Assembly: GCA_951406725.2 (NCBI GenBank)
Contig: OX597835.1
Span: 17,174,001-17,238,000, forward strand
Source: Octopus vulgaris
Lineage: Eukaryota
Length of the DNA stretch: 64,000 bases
Direction: 5' to 3'
Part shown: positions 1 through 13,493 of the stretch, piece after piece
Position numbering within the stretch: position 1 is the first letter of the stretch
How the letters are laid out: every line of letters starts with the position of its first letter
Position numbers and translations under genes: made by a program
Notes under the pieces: model-generated
Databases searched by the model: none
The model's input: the letters and a program-made list of their open reading frames with translations, nothing else
Told to the model about the DNA's origin: nothing

Positions 1-99
<99 letters not shown>
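1..99. repeat. (TCTA)n/(TCTG)n compound microsatellite
   Basis: Directly visible tetranucleotide arrays. Confidence 0.95.
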
Positions 100-264
100 A
101 TGTGTCTATGTTTGTGTGTGTGTATGTGTGCGTGTGTGTCTGTATGTATGTATATGTGTATTATACATATCTGCTATCTATCTGCATGTCTGTCCGTCCG
201 TCCGTCTGACTGCATGTGTGTCTATCTAGCTATTCCTTTATCTCCCCCTCCCTCTCTCTATATT

Positions 265-311
<47 letters not shown>

Positions 312-423
312 GCTATCTATATGTATCACTGTGTCTATCAATGAATCACTCTTTTTCTTTTTAACTATCTCTCTGTCTATCTACCTCTCTCAGATTTAAG
401 GCTATATCATATATGTATACATG

Positions 424-472
424 AACTCCAAGATTCCGAGTTCGATTTCAGGCAGTGGCCTTAATAATAATG

Positions 473-516
<44 letters not shown>

Positions 517-713
517 TATAATAATAAAAACATCGAAAAATACATTAGAAATGAGAACCCAAGTTCGAAATTTCCCCAAGAGACCCGATGAAGGCTGGAG
601 GGTATGTCAGTCGAAACGTTGTATTAACAACAAACAAAATTAGGACAAATATCCGTCAAATGTAAATAATGTAAATAATGTACAAAATTCCCCATCTCTT
701 AAATATAGAACTG
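424..713 (+). mobile_element. 5'-truncated SINE-like element: tRNA T-arm/B-box-like head, (AAT)n linker, PLE-like tail with hammerhead motif
   Basis: ccgagttcgatttcagg at 436-452 (GTTCGA B-box), (AAT)n at about 463-527, hammerhead-like motif at 582-623, then AT-rich tail with tandem tgtaaataa. Confidence 0.6.
582..623 (+). ncRNA. Minimal type-I hammerhead ribozyme-like motif (U4C variant)
   Basis: CCGATGA (585-591), A, stem II GGCTG(593-597)/CAGTC(608-612), GAAA (613-616), palindromic stem III AACGTT, GUU cleavage triplet, short stem I ac/gt. Confidence 0.6.
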
Positions 714-715
714 TA

Positions 716-1210
716 TTAGAAATATCATTTGGCTCAAATTCATTCTTCATTCTAAACTGCAGCAAAGATTGTAGCAAACTATATCCTAGTTTTAATTTCG
801 AACAAGCCAACCATAAATATCGTAAATTATTCATTAGGAAAAACTTAAAAGATAGCAACAATCGCTCGAAAAATATATATGTAAATAATCTCGAAACCAA
901 TGATCAGGAAAGAAATATTTCTTATCCTTAGCTATTAAGAAGTATATGCGTAAAACGAAACTATTCGTTAAGGCAAACGTCCTGTAGGGAAGAAAGCTGT
1001 CACAAAATACAACTGACCTAAGCGGAACGTTGAAAAATAGATTCGCACAACATATATACTCTTTCCGCACAGTAAAGTGGAGGAGACTATTTCGAGGCCC
1101 ATATATGGAACTAATGGAGGTAATTATAAGTGCAAATATTAACTAGGCAATAAATGTACAGTGTCGTTGACCTGTACGCTGCGGAAAAACCATGACATAA
1201 TTACTCTCCC
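716..1210 (+). pseudogene. Highly degenerate Penelope-like retroelement ORF (post-RT linker and GIY-YIG endonuclease region)
   Basis: Manual translation across frameshifts gives, in the expected order, RNIIW (718), NHKYRKLFIRKNLKDSNNRSKNI (809; cf. H..KIFNRN..K.SYSC..N), RPVGKK (cf. CPL.GKC), SGTLKNRFAQHIYSFR (cf. FK.R...H..SFR), HIW. Confidence 0.6.
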
Positions 1211-2214
1211 CGTCGCCAAACAAAACAAATTGTGGCATCACAGATGAAACAAAGTAATCACCATCGCAGACACGAATATTTAAATAAATAACTGATCTAT
1301 GTGAAAAAAGCGTAGGTATCTGATGACTCCATAGAAAATTGTAAAACGGGAACAGCAATGACAACTCGAAGACAAAATGGTTCTAGGCTGCAGAAGAGGA
1401 ATGAAAACAAAAAAACGAATATATTTCCTAGAGAGGAATAGAAATTTAGAGATACCAGTTACAGAAGACAAAAGAGAACATGACAAAAGAATTAAGGACA
1501 AGTGACTCCACTCATGTTTCTCCCGTAGAGTCAGGAAAGGAATCAATACAAGAAGAGTTTATCGAAATGGAATATAATAAAGTAATCGACCGACTGAAAC
1601 AAAACAAGCAAAATAACAAGAAAAAAAATGGTCAATGAATAGCGAGGAAAGTTTAAAACGCGCCACCTACAACGAATAAACCAATGAAAATGAAAGGCTG
1701 TTTAAAGGAACCGGACGTAACAACGAAATTTACTAAAAAAAGTACAAAATCAACACGGTATGTGTGAGTATGTGTGTGAGTGTGTGTGCACGCGTGTCTA
1801 TGTGTGTATGTGCATACATACATACATACATATATATATATATAAAATATATATATATATATATATCATATAATTATATAAGAACACAAGAATATAATTA
1901 CTTATATATATATATTTATATATATATATATGTATATATATATGTATATATATATATATATATATCTGCTAAATGCCTAAATAAAGGTGTAAACATACAT
2001 ATATATATGCATAGGTACATACATATAAACATATAAACAGTATATACATACATACATAATACACACACACATATCTATATACACACATATTTACTTATAT
2101 ATATGCCTAGAGACACAAATACACATACACATACACAAGAATATATATCTAGATAAACAGAGCTTAAGGTACTTCGTCCTATACAAACACAGACATACCG
2201 CACTGACACACATA

Positions 2215-2286
<72 letters not shown>

Positions 2287-2460
2287 TGTATGCAACATCA
2301 ATGTGTGGGTAGATGTGCCAGTGGGTAGGCGTGTGTGGGTGCATATATATATATATTTATATATATATACGCATGTGTATGTATATACGTAAACAGATAG
2401 ATGACTTGTGCGACAGCAAAGCGGTATAAACAAGTATAAACGCGATTATATATATGTATG

Positions 2461-2573
<113 letters not shown>

Positions 2574-2865
2574 AAATAACAAAAATGAGAACGGTACAGT
2601 TGCCATCCAAACAAATAAGATAAATTAGTGAATTCTCTTTAAAAATTAATGCACACTGGATATACAAAGACGAAACACAATATCTTATCAATAATTTATT
2701 TCTGAAACAACACGACGTATAAGTATATATATATGTGTATGTATGTATGTGTGTGTACACATATATCTATATTTATATATATATGTGACATATATATATG
2801 ACTCATATATGTATATACATATACATATATATGCATACACATACATACGTACGTGTGCATATACA

Positions 2866-2912
<47 letters not shown>

Positions 2913-3121
2913 ATGTGTGTATACACACACACATATACACGCAGCAGATTTTTTGTAGTGTTCATGTTATATGTGAATTAATATAGACACAACCATTATT
3001 ATTCGATATTTGATAATATTTCTATATATATGTATATACATATACATATGCTATAAAATACGTCTCTCTTTCCCGTTATAACTATATATATATTTGTCCT
3101 TATACGTATTTATATATACAT

Positions 3122-3188
<67 letters not shown>

Positions 3189-3194
3189 TATATA

Positions 3195-3610
3195 ATTAAT
3201 TAATTATAATTAAGGGTTTTGTAAAAATTGATGCAAAGAGTAGGTTTCTAGTATTTTCGAATTTATAATTCTCGAAATATTATGTTGACGACGGATATGA
3301 ATTTGTATAATTCTAATCCAGACAATTTGATTTCATTAGTTTTTCTTCTTTTTGTTTATGTGAGTTACAAATATTGTTATCTGTGGAGTCATATCTGTAG
3401 TGAAAAGGAATTAGCTGTCTTTGGCTGCTATTCCTAAATTTTCGGTACGAGGTGAAGCAACTTGCTGCTAACCCCTAAATTATATTTAATTATATATAAA
3501 AAAACTTTTTGTAAAAGTTTCTACCGATAATGGTTCTCTTTTCATACCGAAACTAATTGGTAAAGTTTATTAATTATGAAATTAATAATTCTTTACTCTA
3601 TATCTGTAAT
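3195..3610. mobile_element. AT-rich element with inverted ends plus degenerate hammerhead-like motif (probable PLE pseudo-LTR remnant)
   Basis: aattaattataattaagggtt (about 3198-3218) is an imperfect inverted repeat of aacccctaaattatatttaatt (about 3470-3491). CCGATAA-t-ggt...acc-GAAAC-taattg-GTA at 3524-3562. Confidence 0.4.
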
Positions 3611-3611
3611 G

Positions 3612-3672
<61 letters not shown>

Positions 3673-3745
3673 ATATATAAATATATATATATATTTGTAT
3701 ATATATATATGTATATATATATATGTATATATATATATGTATATA

Positions 3746-3801
<56 letters not shown>

Positions 3802-4157
3802 GTTATCAATAATTATCAAGGTTGGCAACTATATGTATGTATGTATATATATATATAACAATGATAATTTTAAATTTGGGTTCATCGTATTCGACTACCT
3901 AATATGATATGATCAACAATATGGATCTAGTTATCACTAGATTTACTTGGGGAATATCTTCATGTCCGTAGAAATTTTATAAAGACGCTTTATTATCATT
4001 TCGACTAATATACAGCACTATCACGCTGTTGATATGCTGTACTAAAATCAGGTGACTTCTCAACTGTGAGGCATTGGTGCACGATGGCTCGAAACGATCG
4101 TAATGAATAACGATAACAATAACAATAATAATATATATATATATTATTTATATATAT

Positions 4158-4314
4158 GCGCGCCTGTGTGGTAGGAAGCTTGCTTTTCAACTACATGGAT
4201 CTGTGTTCAGTCCCACTCTGTAGCACCTTGCGCAGGTTTCTACTATAGCCTTGAGGCCGACCAAGGCCTATGTAAGTAGCGAGTTTCTACTATAGCCTTA
4301 GGGCCTAGGCCGCC

Positions 4315-4318
<4 letters not shown>
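4158..4318 (+). mobile_element. SINE family A, 5' fragment
   Basis: ctgtgtggtaggaagcttgct...gttcagtcccact...ttctactatagcc matches the head of full copies at 34565 and 55108. Confidence 0.85.
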
Positions 4319-4357
<39 letters not shown>

Positions 4358-4397
4358 TATAAATATATACATACATACATATATATATATATATATT

Positions 4398-4443
<46 letters not shown>

Positions 4444-4481
4444 TATAAATATATACATACATATATATATATATATATATT

Positions 4482-4538
<57 letters not shown>

Positions 4539-5274
4539 GTATATATGTATATATACCAATGCATGCCTGTATGCCTGCATGCTTGTATGCGTCAAATGTT
4601 TCATATTTTCTACATCCACGTTTAGAGCATAAGCGTATACATGAGTTGCAAAACGCAACATTATAAATTCTTATTTTGACGAAGAAATAAAAAAAAAAAC
4701 CCACATAAGGCGATGACAGAACATACACACAAACGAATACCCATATATACACATATGCACACCAGAAGCATTAAAGTACACACATTCATGGCATTGCTGA
4801 TACATACCTATAGCTATAGCAATGTCTATCTATTAGTATATATACATATATAGACATTTATGTGTATATACATACATACATATATATATATATATGTGTG
4901 TGTGTGTGTAATGAACATATATATGTATATAGGAACACAAGAGAATATATATATATATATGTATATATATTGAACGTATATATGTATATAGGAACGCATA
5001 AGTATATATATATATATATATATATGATATACATATATACATGCATATATTTGTGTATGTCTATGTCTATCTACATATCTATCTATCAATCTATATATGT
5101 ATATATATATATATTTATATTTACTTTTATATTTATGTGCATACCTGTATGCGATGGGAATTTCAGCATATACACATGATATGCATCTATGCATCTACCT
5201 ATTTAACTAACTTTCAAGCAGTCTATCTATCAATCTTGATACACGTGTGCCTACATCTATGTCTGTATATGTCC

Positions 5275-5337
<63 letters not shown>

Positions 5338-5441
5338 TATATTTTTACGTATTGAAATTCTCATTTCATGCATGGCTAAAATGGATAATACAACGCGATA
5401 TGACAAGAAAACATTTCAGATATGCTTTACACACACGCGCA

Positions 5442-5479
<38 letters not shown>

Positions 5480-5872
5480 CACACACACACATACGCACAT
5501 ATTTATATGTGTGTATTTATATACATATATATATGTGTGTGTGTGTGCATGTATATATATATATATATATATACATATGTATGTGCATAATTATATGCAT
5601 ATATATAAATATATACATCCAAACCAAAACATACACTTATATATACATATCCTTCTCCGCGCCTCTCTCTCTCTATAGATATATCTATATATATGTATGT
5701 GTGCTTGAACGTATATATAAATTATACAAGTATACATAATATATTTGAATAAACATTGCCTTTCTATGACCTATACGGCAAAATATATTACATCTAGCAT
5801 GTTCTGCACTAGAGAGCCTCGTTCGGCTGTTGTTGCCCTCCACTCACCGCGATGTTTACGAGCAACCGAATG

Positions 5873-5908
<36 letters not shown>

Positions 5909-6208
5909 TAACAGAAAAAAAGAGAACATTAAAAAAATATATACATATTGGCAAATGCACAGGGAATAAGAGAGGAAGCATTATAACATATCTGTGTATG
6001 TTGTTCTTGCTTTAGCTCGTATCCTACATTATTCTTTGGTTTGATGAATGTGGCCATCTCATCGAGAAATAATAATTGATTCTTTATATGACTTCACTGC
6101 ATCATACATTTAGCTTGTTTTCTTTATAACCTAAATGTACCGTTCGTGTCAGTACATATGCATATATATGCGTATATATGTGTGCATGAGCATATATATA
6201 TATACATA

Positions 6209-6276
<68 letters not shown>

Positions 6277-6278
<2 letters not shown>

Positions 6279-6540
6279 ATGTGTGTGTGTGTATATAGAT
6301 ACATATACATATATGTAAATACATATATATATATATAAATATATATCTATGTGTGTGTGTGTATGTAGATACATATACATATATGTAAATACATATATAT
6401 ATATATAAATATATATCTATGTGTGTGTGTGTATATAGATACATATACATATATGTAAATACATATATATATATATAAATATATATCTATGTGTGTGTGT
6501 GTGATACATATACATATATGTAAATACATATACATATATG
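6277..6540. repeat. 70-bp higher-order tandem repeat built from TA/TG microsatellite
   Basis: ctatgtgtgtgtgt... restarts at 6277, 6347, 6417 and 6487. Confidence 0.85.
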
Positions 6541-6577
<37 letters not shown>

Positions 6578-6679
6578 TAAATATCTTTACGTATAGATTG
6601 TGATATATATATATATATATGTGTGTGTGTGTATGTATATATATGCATATATATTATTACGTATAGTTATGTATGTATG

Positions 6680-6821
6680 TATCTATCTATCTATATGTAT
6701 ATATATCTATCTATCTATCTATCTATCTATATCTATATATCTATCTATCTATATATCTATATGTATATATATATATATATCTATATCTATATATCTATCT
6801 ATCTATCTATATATATCTATA

Positions 6822-6852
<31 letters not shown>

Positions 6853-6855
6853 ATA

Positions 6856-6914
<59 letters not shown>

Positions 6915-7017
6915 ATATATATATATATCTATCTATCTATCTATATATCTATCTATCTATCTATATATATCTATATATCTATCTATATATATATATATAT
7001 ATCTATCTATCTATCTA

Positions 7018-7056
<39 letters not shown>
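6680..7056. repeat. Degenerate (TATC)n/(TA)n array
   Basis: Directly visible. Confidence 0.9.
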
Positions 7057-7058
<2 letters not shown>

Positions 7059-7373
7059 TTCACTATAAACGTAAGTATGTGTATATGTGTTTATGTTTAA
7101 AGATATATGCCTACGTTGATGCCAACGCATACAATCTTTTTCCTTTTGCTTGTTTATATGTCCAATATTCCCCTCTTATTTTCCTCTTATTTTTCTTTAG
7201 TTCTTAATTATACACACACGGTTAATAAATTACATATATGCTCAAAGCCCACCCGCCTCTGTGTATTTATGTACGTACGTATGTATCTATATATGTATTT
7301 GTGCATATATGTGTGTATGTATGTATGTATGTATGTATGTGTGAATTCTCCCCCTATATATAAATATATATAT

Positions 7374-7429
<56 letters not shown>

Positions 7430-7521
7430 CCATCCGGCTGAGGTCATGCTGGGGCACCGCCCTTGAGTATATATATATACATACACATATATATATATAT
7501 ACATACACATATATATATGTT

Positions 7522-8000
7522 GGTGCAGGAGTTGGTGTGCGGTTAGCAGCTTGCTTACCAACTATATGGTTCCGGGTTCAGTCCAAATGCGTGGCACCTT
7601 ATGTAAGTGTCTTCTACTATAGCCGCTGGACGACCAAAGCCTTGTGAGTGGATATCGTAGACAGATACTGAAAGAAGGCTATCGTACACACGCACACACA
7701 TACACACACACACACACATATATATATATACACACACACATATATACACACGCACACACGCGCACACACATATATGTATGTATATATTTGTGTTGTGTGT
7801 TTGTTCCCCAACATCGCTTGATAACCGATGATGGTGTGTTTTCGTCATTGTGACATAGCGGTTCGGGAAAAGATATCGATAGAATAAGTACTAGGGTTAC
7901 AAAGAATAAGTCCTGCGGTAGATTTGTTCGACTAAAGGCGCTGCTCCAGCATGGCTGCAGTCAAATGACTGAAACAAGTAAAAGAATAAAAGAAAAGAAT
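7522..8000 (+). mobile_element. SINE family A, full length (tRNA-derived, CORE-like, internal microsatellite)
   Basis: tRNA-like head (ggtgcaggagttggtgtgcggttag...gggttcagtcc), CORE-like gtggcacctt..aagtgtctt, internal (CA)/(TA), 3' body ending gaaacaagtaaaagaataaaag. Confidence 0.9.
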
Positions 8001-8010
8001 ATATCAAATA

Positions 8011-8923
8011 TTGGGTTGTCTGGAAAGTTCGTGCCCAGTTTTAAAGGAAAGAAAAAGGTCAATAAATACTTTCCATTACATTTTTAATCTTCCATCTTTG
8101 AACCATTTTGTTGCACAATGCGTCTCCATCTTTCCATTAACTTCAGAATACCCTCTTCCCAGAAGTGAGGTGGTTTCATGGCAAACAATTCATCAAGGTA
8201 TCTTTTTACGTCATCCAAGAAATTGAAATTTTTACCATTAAGACTATTCTGCAGAGCCCTGAATAAGTGGAAGTCCGAGGGAGCAATATGTGATGAATAT
8301 GGAGGGTGGGGTAATGCATCCCAGCTGAGCTGCAGCAATTTTTGTCTGGTTCCCAAAGAAACGTGAGGTCTTGCATTATCATGTTGGAAAACAACACCCT
8401 TCCTGTTGGCCAATTCTGGACGTTTCTCTTGAATTGCTGCTTTTAACTCCTCCAGTTGTGTGCAGTATTTCTCAGAATCAATTGTCTGGTTATTTGGGAG
8501 AAACTCATAGTACAGAATTTCTTTCCAATCCCATCAGACACAAAGCAAGACTTTTGTAAGGTGAAGACCCGCTTTTGGGGTGGCTAAAGGTGGCTCATGT
8601 CGCTTACTCCAGGATCATTTCTCTGAACCTTTCGATAGACAATCCATTTCTCATCACTTGTCACAACTTGCTTTAAAAAAGGCAAGTTTTCATTTCGTTT
8701 ATAAATGCGTTCCAAAAGGTTCTTCTCACTCATCTCATGTGGTACCCAAACATCGTAGCGATTTGTGTACCTAAGCTTTACCAGGTGCTCATGAACGACG
8801 GGTTTTGATAGATTGAGGCTTTCTTCCAGTTCTAGGGTTGTGCAATGTGAGTTATTCTCAATTAACGACTTGATTTGGTCATCATCTGTAATGGATAGTC
8901 TGCCTGATCGCTCTTTATCAATA
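8011..8923 (-). mobile_element. Decayed mariner (D,D34D) transposon, mellifera-subfamily-like; right TIR present, 5' part missing
   Basis: TA followed by TIR ttgggttgtctggaaagttcgtg at 8009-8033. Minus-strand motifs DVWVPHEM (about 8731-8754), LKQVVTSDEKWI, HDNARPH and HPPYSSHIAPSDFHLF (ORF 8084-8413). Frameshifts and stops. Confidence 0.93.
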
Positions 8924-9372
8924 ATGTGGCACTTCTGCTACGTGGTCGTGTCGCTACAATTTGTAGTGGTTTGGGGCAAGTCTAGGGCATTCGTTCGTCA
9001 TATGGGCAATTGTTTCATCCACTCTGTTGCAGATGCGGCACAGAAAAGACATTTGCTCATTCGACATATTGACTCTCCTGTTCGTGGCTAGAACTTGGTC
9101 AAACACTGCCAGTATAGTGATTTCGGTCTCTATTTTTTAGGGTTTCTTTCATCAGCAAATCCCACTACTGTTGTGAATACATGGAATTAATTCTGCTGGT
9201 CCTTCTTGCGTAATACTTCTTCATGTCCTTTTTGTATTTCTTCCTTTGTTTTCACTTGTTCCTCTGCTCTCAATATTCCCTCGTTCCTAACTGTCGCTAA
9301 CAAGGTTTCCTTACTTTGGGCTAGGTACCGCATTAAGCTTCCGAGTTCGATACACACACAATCTCTTGCACG
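8924..9372 (-). pseudogene. Old R4/Dong-like non-LTR retrotransposon fragment (post-RT region and CCHC zinc knuckle)
   Basis: Manual minus-strand translation: KIETEITILAVFDQVLATN...LCRICNRVDETIAHMTNECPRLAPNHYKL*RHDHVAEVPH, collinear with LKAETEGFLIAAQDQSL...CRICG...ETINHIISSCP.LA...Y..RHD of the young copy at about 19080-19290. Confidence 0.8.
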
Positions 9373-9385
9373 CTTATTATTATTA

Positions 9386-9443
<58 letters not shown>

Positions 9444-9447
<4 letters not shown>

Positions 9448-9601
9448 TGTTTTTTTATATCGTACTTTCACTTCACTAGTCAGCGCAGCTCTGTGTGCCT
9501 TGGGTATGTGTTGTGATTTGCTGTGATGCTCTGATGGTTACTGTATTGAAAGTGTTTTGCGTAGGATGTGTGCAGTGCCCAGTAGTGCAATTTTCTGTAT
9601 G

Positions 9602-9633
<32 letters not shown>

Positions 9634-9872
9634 CAAATATATATATATATGTTAGTCCTGGTGTTTTTCTTATGTATTTCTCTGAATATTTTTTTATCAT
9701 GCCTAATGCACCTACTCTGATAGGAATTGTTTCTGTATTTAGATTCTACATTCGAGTTAACTCTATTTCCAGGTCTTTGTATTTTGAAAGTTTCTCCATT
9801 TCTTTTAGAGACACGTTGTCATCTGCCTGGTTGTGATACATCAATTAGAAAGCATTTTTTTTTCATTATGAT
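9444..9872 (-). mobile_element. R4/Dong-like LINE 3' fragment, interrupted by (TA)n, flanked by (TTA)n
   Basis: Closely matches 18514-18905. (TTA)n arrays at 9375-9443 and 9874-9933. Confidence 0.92.
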
Positions 9873-9873
9873 C

Positions 9874-9913
<40 letters not shown>

Positions 9914-10922
9914 TATTATTATTATTATTATTAAAACTGAGCGTATTTATGTATTTGGAACTCTGTACTTTTACTGCTGGAGTATACTAAAACAATGACA
10001 AACGTCCCCAACGCAAACATCACTGTTAAGTATGGCTGTACTTGGTCCCATTCTAGAATACCCCCCCCCCAAACAAGAACAACAACAATAACTCTAACAA
10101 CAAAAACCTGACATAGATTGATGACTGGATGAGATAGGATATGATGGGCTTTTTTTCCCATTTATTCTTTGTATTTTCGCTGTGTGAGAATGTCGATCGA
10201 TTTTGCAAATTTTCCCCAATCATTGCCTAACAATTGAAAGAAGACGATTGTGACAGAAGGGCTGGTGCTGGAATACGTTTTACGGGGTGAAGTGTGAAGT
10301 GGATTGAGAGCCAGATAAGTTGATGATTGGACGTGTGAACGGTTGTTTGGTTGGTTGGTTGGTTGGTAGAAGAAAGTAAATTCCTGTAACAGCAGGAAAT
10401 CTTGAAAGATTCTGCTTCGAATGACAGCAACGAAATTAACAAATTTCGTTCGCCATTTTTCTCAAACTTTCATTCGCAGTCGTCACTTAGTGTTTGTAAG
10501 ACTATTTTTGAGACATAGCACTTGTTTCAATTTCGTCGCATCTGTGTAATATTAGGAAAGGAAAAACACAACAACAACAACAACAACAACAAAAACAGCA
10601 TTACAAAATTCGAAGAAAACAAAGACAAAACGTAGCAAACAAGCAACAAAATATAAAAAAAAAACAATAACAAAAACAACCAAGGAAAATAGAAAAAAAA
10701 ACAATAACAAAAATAGAAAAAAAAACAATAACAAAAACAACCAAAGAAAACACCATAAATAAACAAGCTTCGGTTTGTGAGAGTTTTCCAAGCATCGTTG
10801 TTAGATTAGTATCGTTAAAATAGAAATAATATCTCTGGAGACGCCACAGGGACACATTCCAAATGTGTGTTTTAAATTTCTAGTTTCTGCTAAAGGAGCA
10901 TTCATCTTGCTTTGCGTGTTTC

Positions 10923-10978
<56 letters not shown>

Positions 10979-10990
10979 CTTTCAATGTAC

Positions 10991-11026
10991 TTATTATTAT
11001 TATTATTATTATTATTACTACTATCA

Positions 11027-11057
<31 letters not shown>

Positions 11058-11117
11058 TATTATTATTATTACTATTATTATTATTATTATTATTATTACT
11101 ATTATTATTATTATTAA

Positions 11118-11169
<52 letters not shown>

Positions 11170-11210
11170 GTTGCTGTTGTTGTTGTTGTTGTTGCTTTTG
11201 TTGTTGTTGC
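10991..11210. repeat. (TTA)n/(TTG)n trinucleotide array
   Basis: Directly visible. Confidence 0.95.
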
Positions 11211-11721
11211 TTTATTTGGTGTTCTGTTTTTTTTTCTTTCTAATTTTCGTCTCAGAGATGGCGAGTGCGCCTTCCTTGCTTTTCTCACTTTGCTTTTATT
11301 TTGTAATGTGATTGTGACACTCCTAACAAACAGACATGCTGATTAAATTAAAGCACGAGCTGGTATGTATGTATGTATGTATGTATGTGTGTGTGTGTTT
11401 GTGTGTGTGTGTTTATGTTAGCATGTACATAAATATATATATATATACATCATACTTATATATATATAGTTAGATGCCTGTATACATTAATGTATGTAAG
11501 TATATATTACACATATATGCGAATATTTATATGTATATGTATATATGTATGTAAATATATAAACATACTAACACACCGACACACACACACCGACATACAA
11601 CACAGACACACAACACAGACACACACATACACACACACACACATATATATATATACACATGCGTGTTCGTATGCCTCTGCATAGTAAAATAAAGCATGGC
11701 TTCACAGATATATGTATTTAA

Positions 11722-11821
<100 letters not shown>

Positions 11822-12689
11822 TCATGTAAGTATGTATTTATATGTATATATATATAAATACACATACATGTATATTATCAATGAGAGTATGAGAAGTTCC
11901 CGCCTTTGCTGTCAACAGTATCCTAATTGACATGTATACAGAATTAGATTTAAAATAAGGATGTTCTTTTAGAGATAGCTGTCATATGATCGGGACCATG
12001 CTTTGGGAAAGACCCCACAGTGCATGATAAAAAAACTATCGCCCCCTCACTTCTTATTTTTGTATGTTGTATTATTTTTATTGTAATCTGTACAAGGAAC
12101 CGTTAAACTATGGGAGTGTGAAAAACAAAAATGTATTAACAAAATATACACTTGTTTTACAAAGAGGTATGCCGAAACACAGAGATCTACGTATGCGCAT
12201 ACACATACAGATATACGCACATCATTCGATACGTGTCTGTATACGTAGATTCTTACACACATACATGCACATATATGTATATATGTATATATATAAATGT
12301 ATATATTTACGTATAAATACGCATGTGCGTGTTTGTGTATGCGTATCTATCTATATATATATAAATACATATTCATATATATGTGTATATATATATATAT
12401 ACATATATAATAATAATATAATATATATATACATATATAATATGTATATATATATATATATATATACCTGTATACATACATGTATATCTACGTAACATAT
12501 ATATATTGTAAATAAATATATATGAGCACACACTCACACATACACGGACACACACATGCACACATACACACTCATACGTGTACATGTATGGAACAATGTA
12601 ACGTTGTATCGCAAAGGCAGATCAACCGTTGCCTCAGGCGTAGTCGAATTCTGACGAAATGTGTTTAAACAAAAACAAGAGGAACATCC

Positions 12690-12722
<33 letters not shown>

Positions 12723-12877
12723 GCGGCAACAACAACAATGATAAGAAAAACAAAACGGTTAGCCGTAGTGCAAGAATTAGCGGAAATTCACTGTGACAAT
12801 TCTTATTATACAATTACGAACGGGTGAGATTTACCAGAAATTTTGCATGGCGTTTCACGATTGTTATTATTATTATT

Positions 12878-12942
<65 letters not shown>

Positions 12943-12976
12943 TATCATTATTATAAATGTTATTATTAATGTTATA

Positions 12977-13018
<42 letters not shown>

Positions 13019-13436
13019 ACTGTTGCTGTTTTTGTTGTTGTTACTTCAGTAAAGTCAGAGCAGAAGGGAAAGTTTGTCGACTATACACACACACACACTA
13101 CACTCGTATGAATACATGCATAAGTATATAAATGCATATGTGCCTACACACATATATGTGTATATATATATTTAAGTATATATATTTATATGTATATATA
13201 TGCATTCATATACATACATATATATATGTTTATATATATATGTATACATACATATATACATGTATATTTATATATATATATGAATATACCTATATATTAT
13301 ATAAACCTATATAGACATGTATTTATACGTATATATACATATATATATGTATGTATATATATGTATATCTCTCTCTCTATATATATAAAGACATATATCT
13401 ATATAGACACTTGCACACACAAATGCATACACCCGA

Positions 13437-13493
<57 letters not shown>

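Noticed and set aside
9931-10161. 76-aa hydrophobic ORF resembling a membrane peptide
   Set aside because: No recognisable family; hydrophobicity comes partly from (TTG)-like low complexity, and the stop lies in a (TAA)n array.
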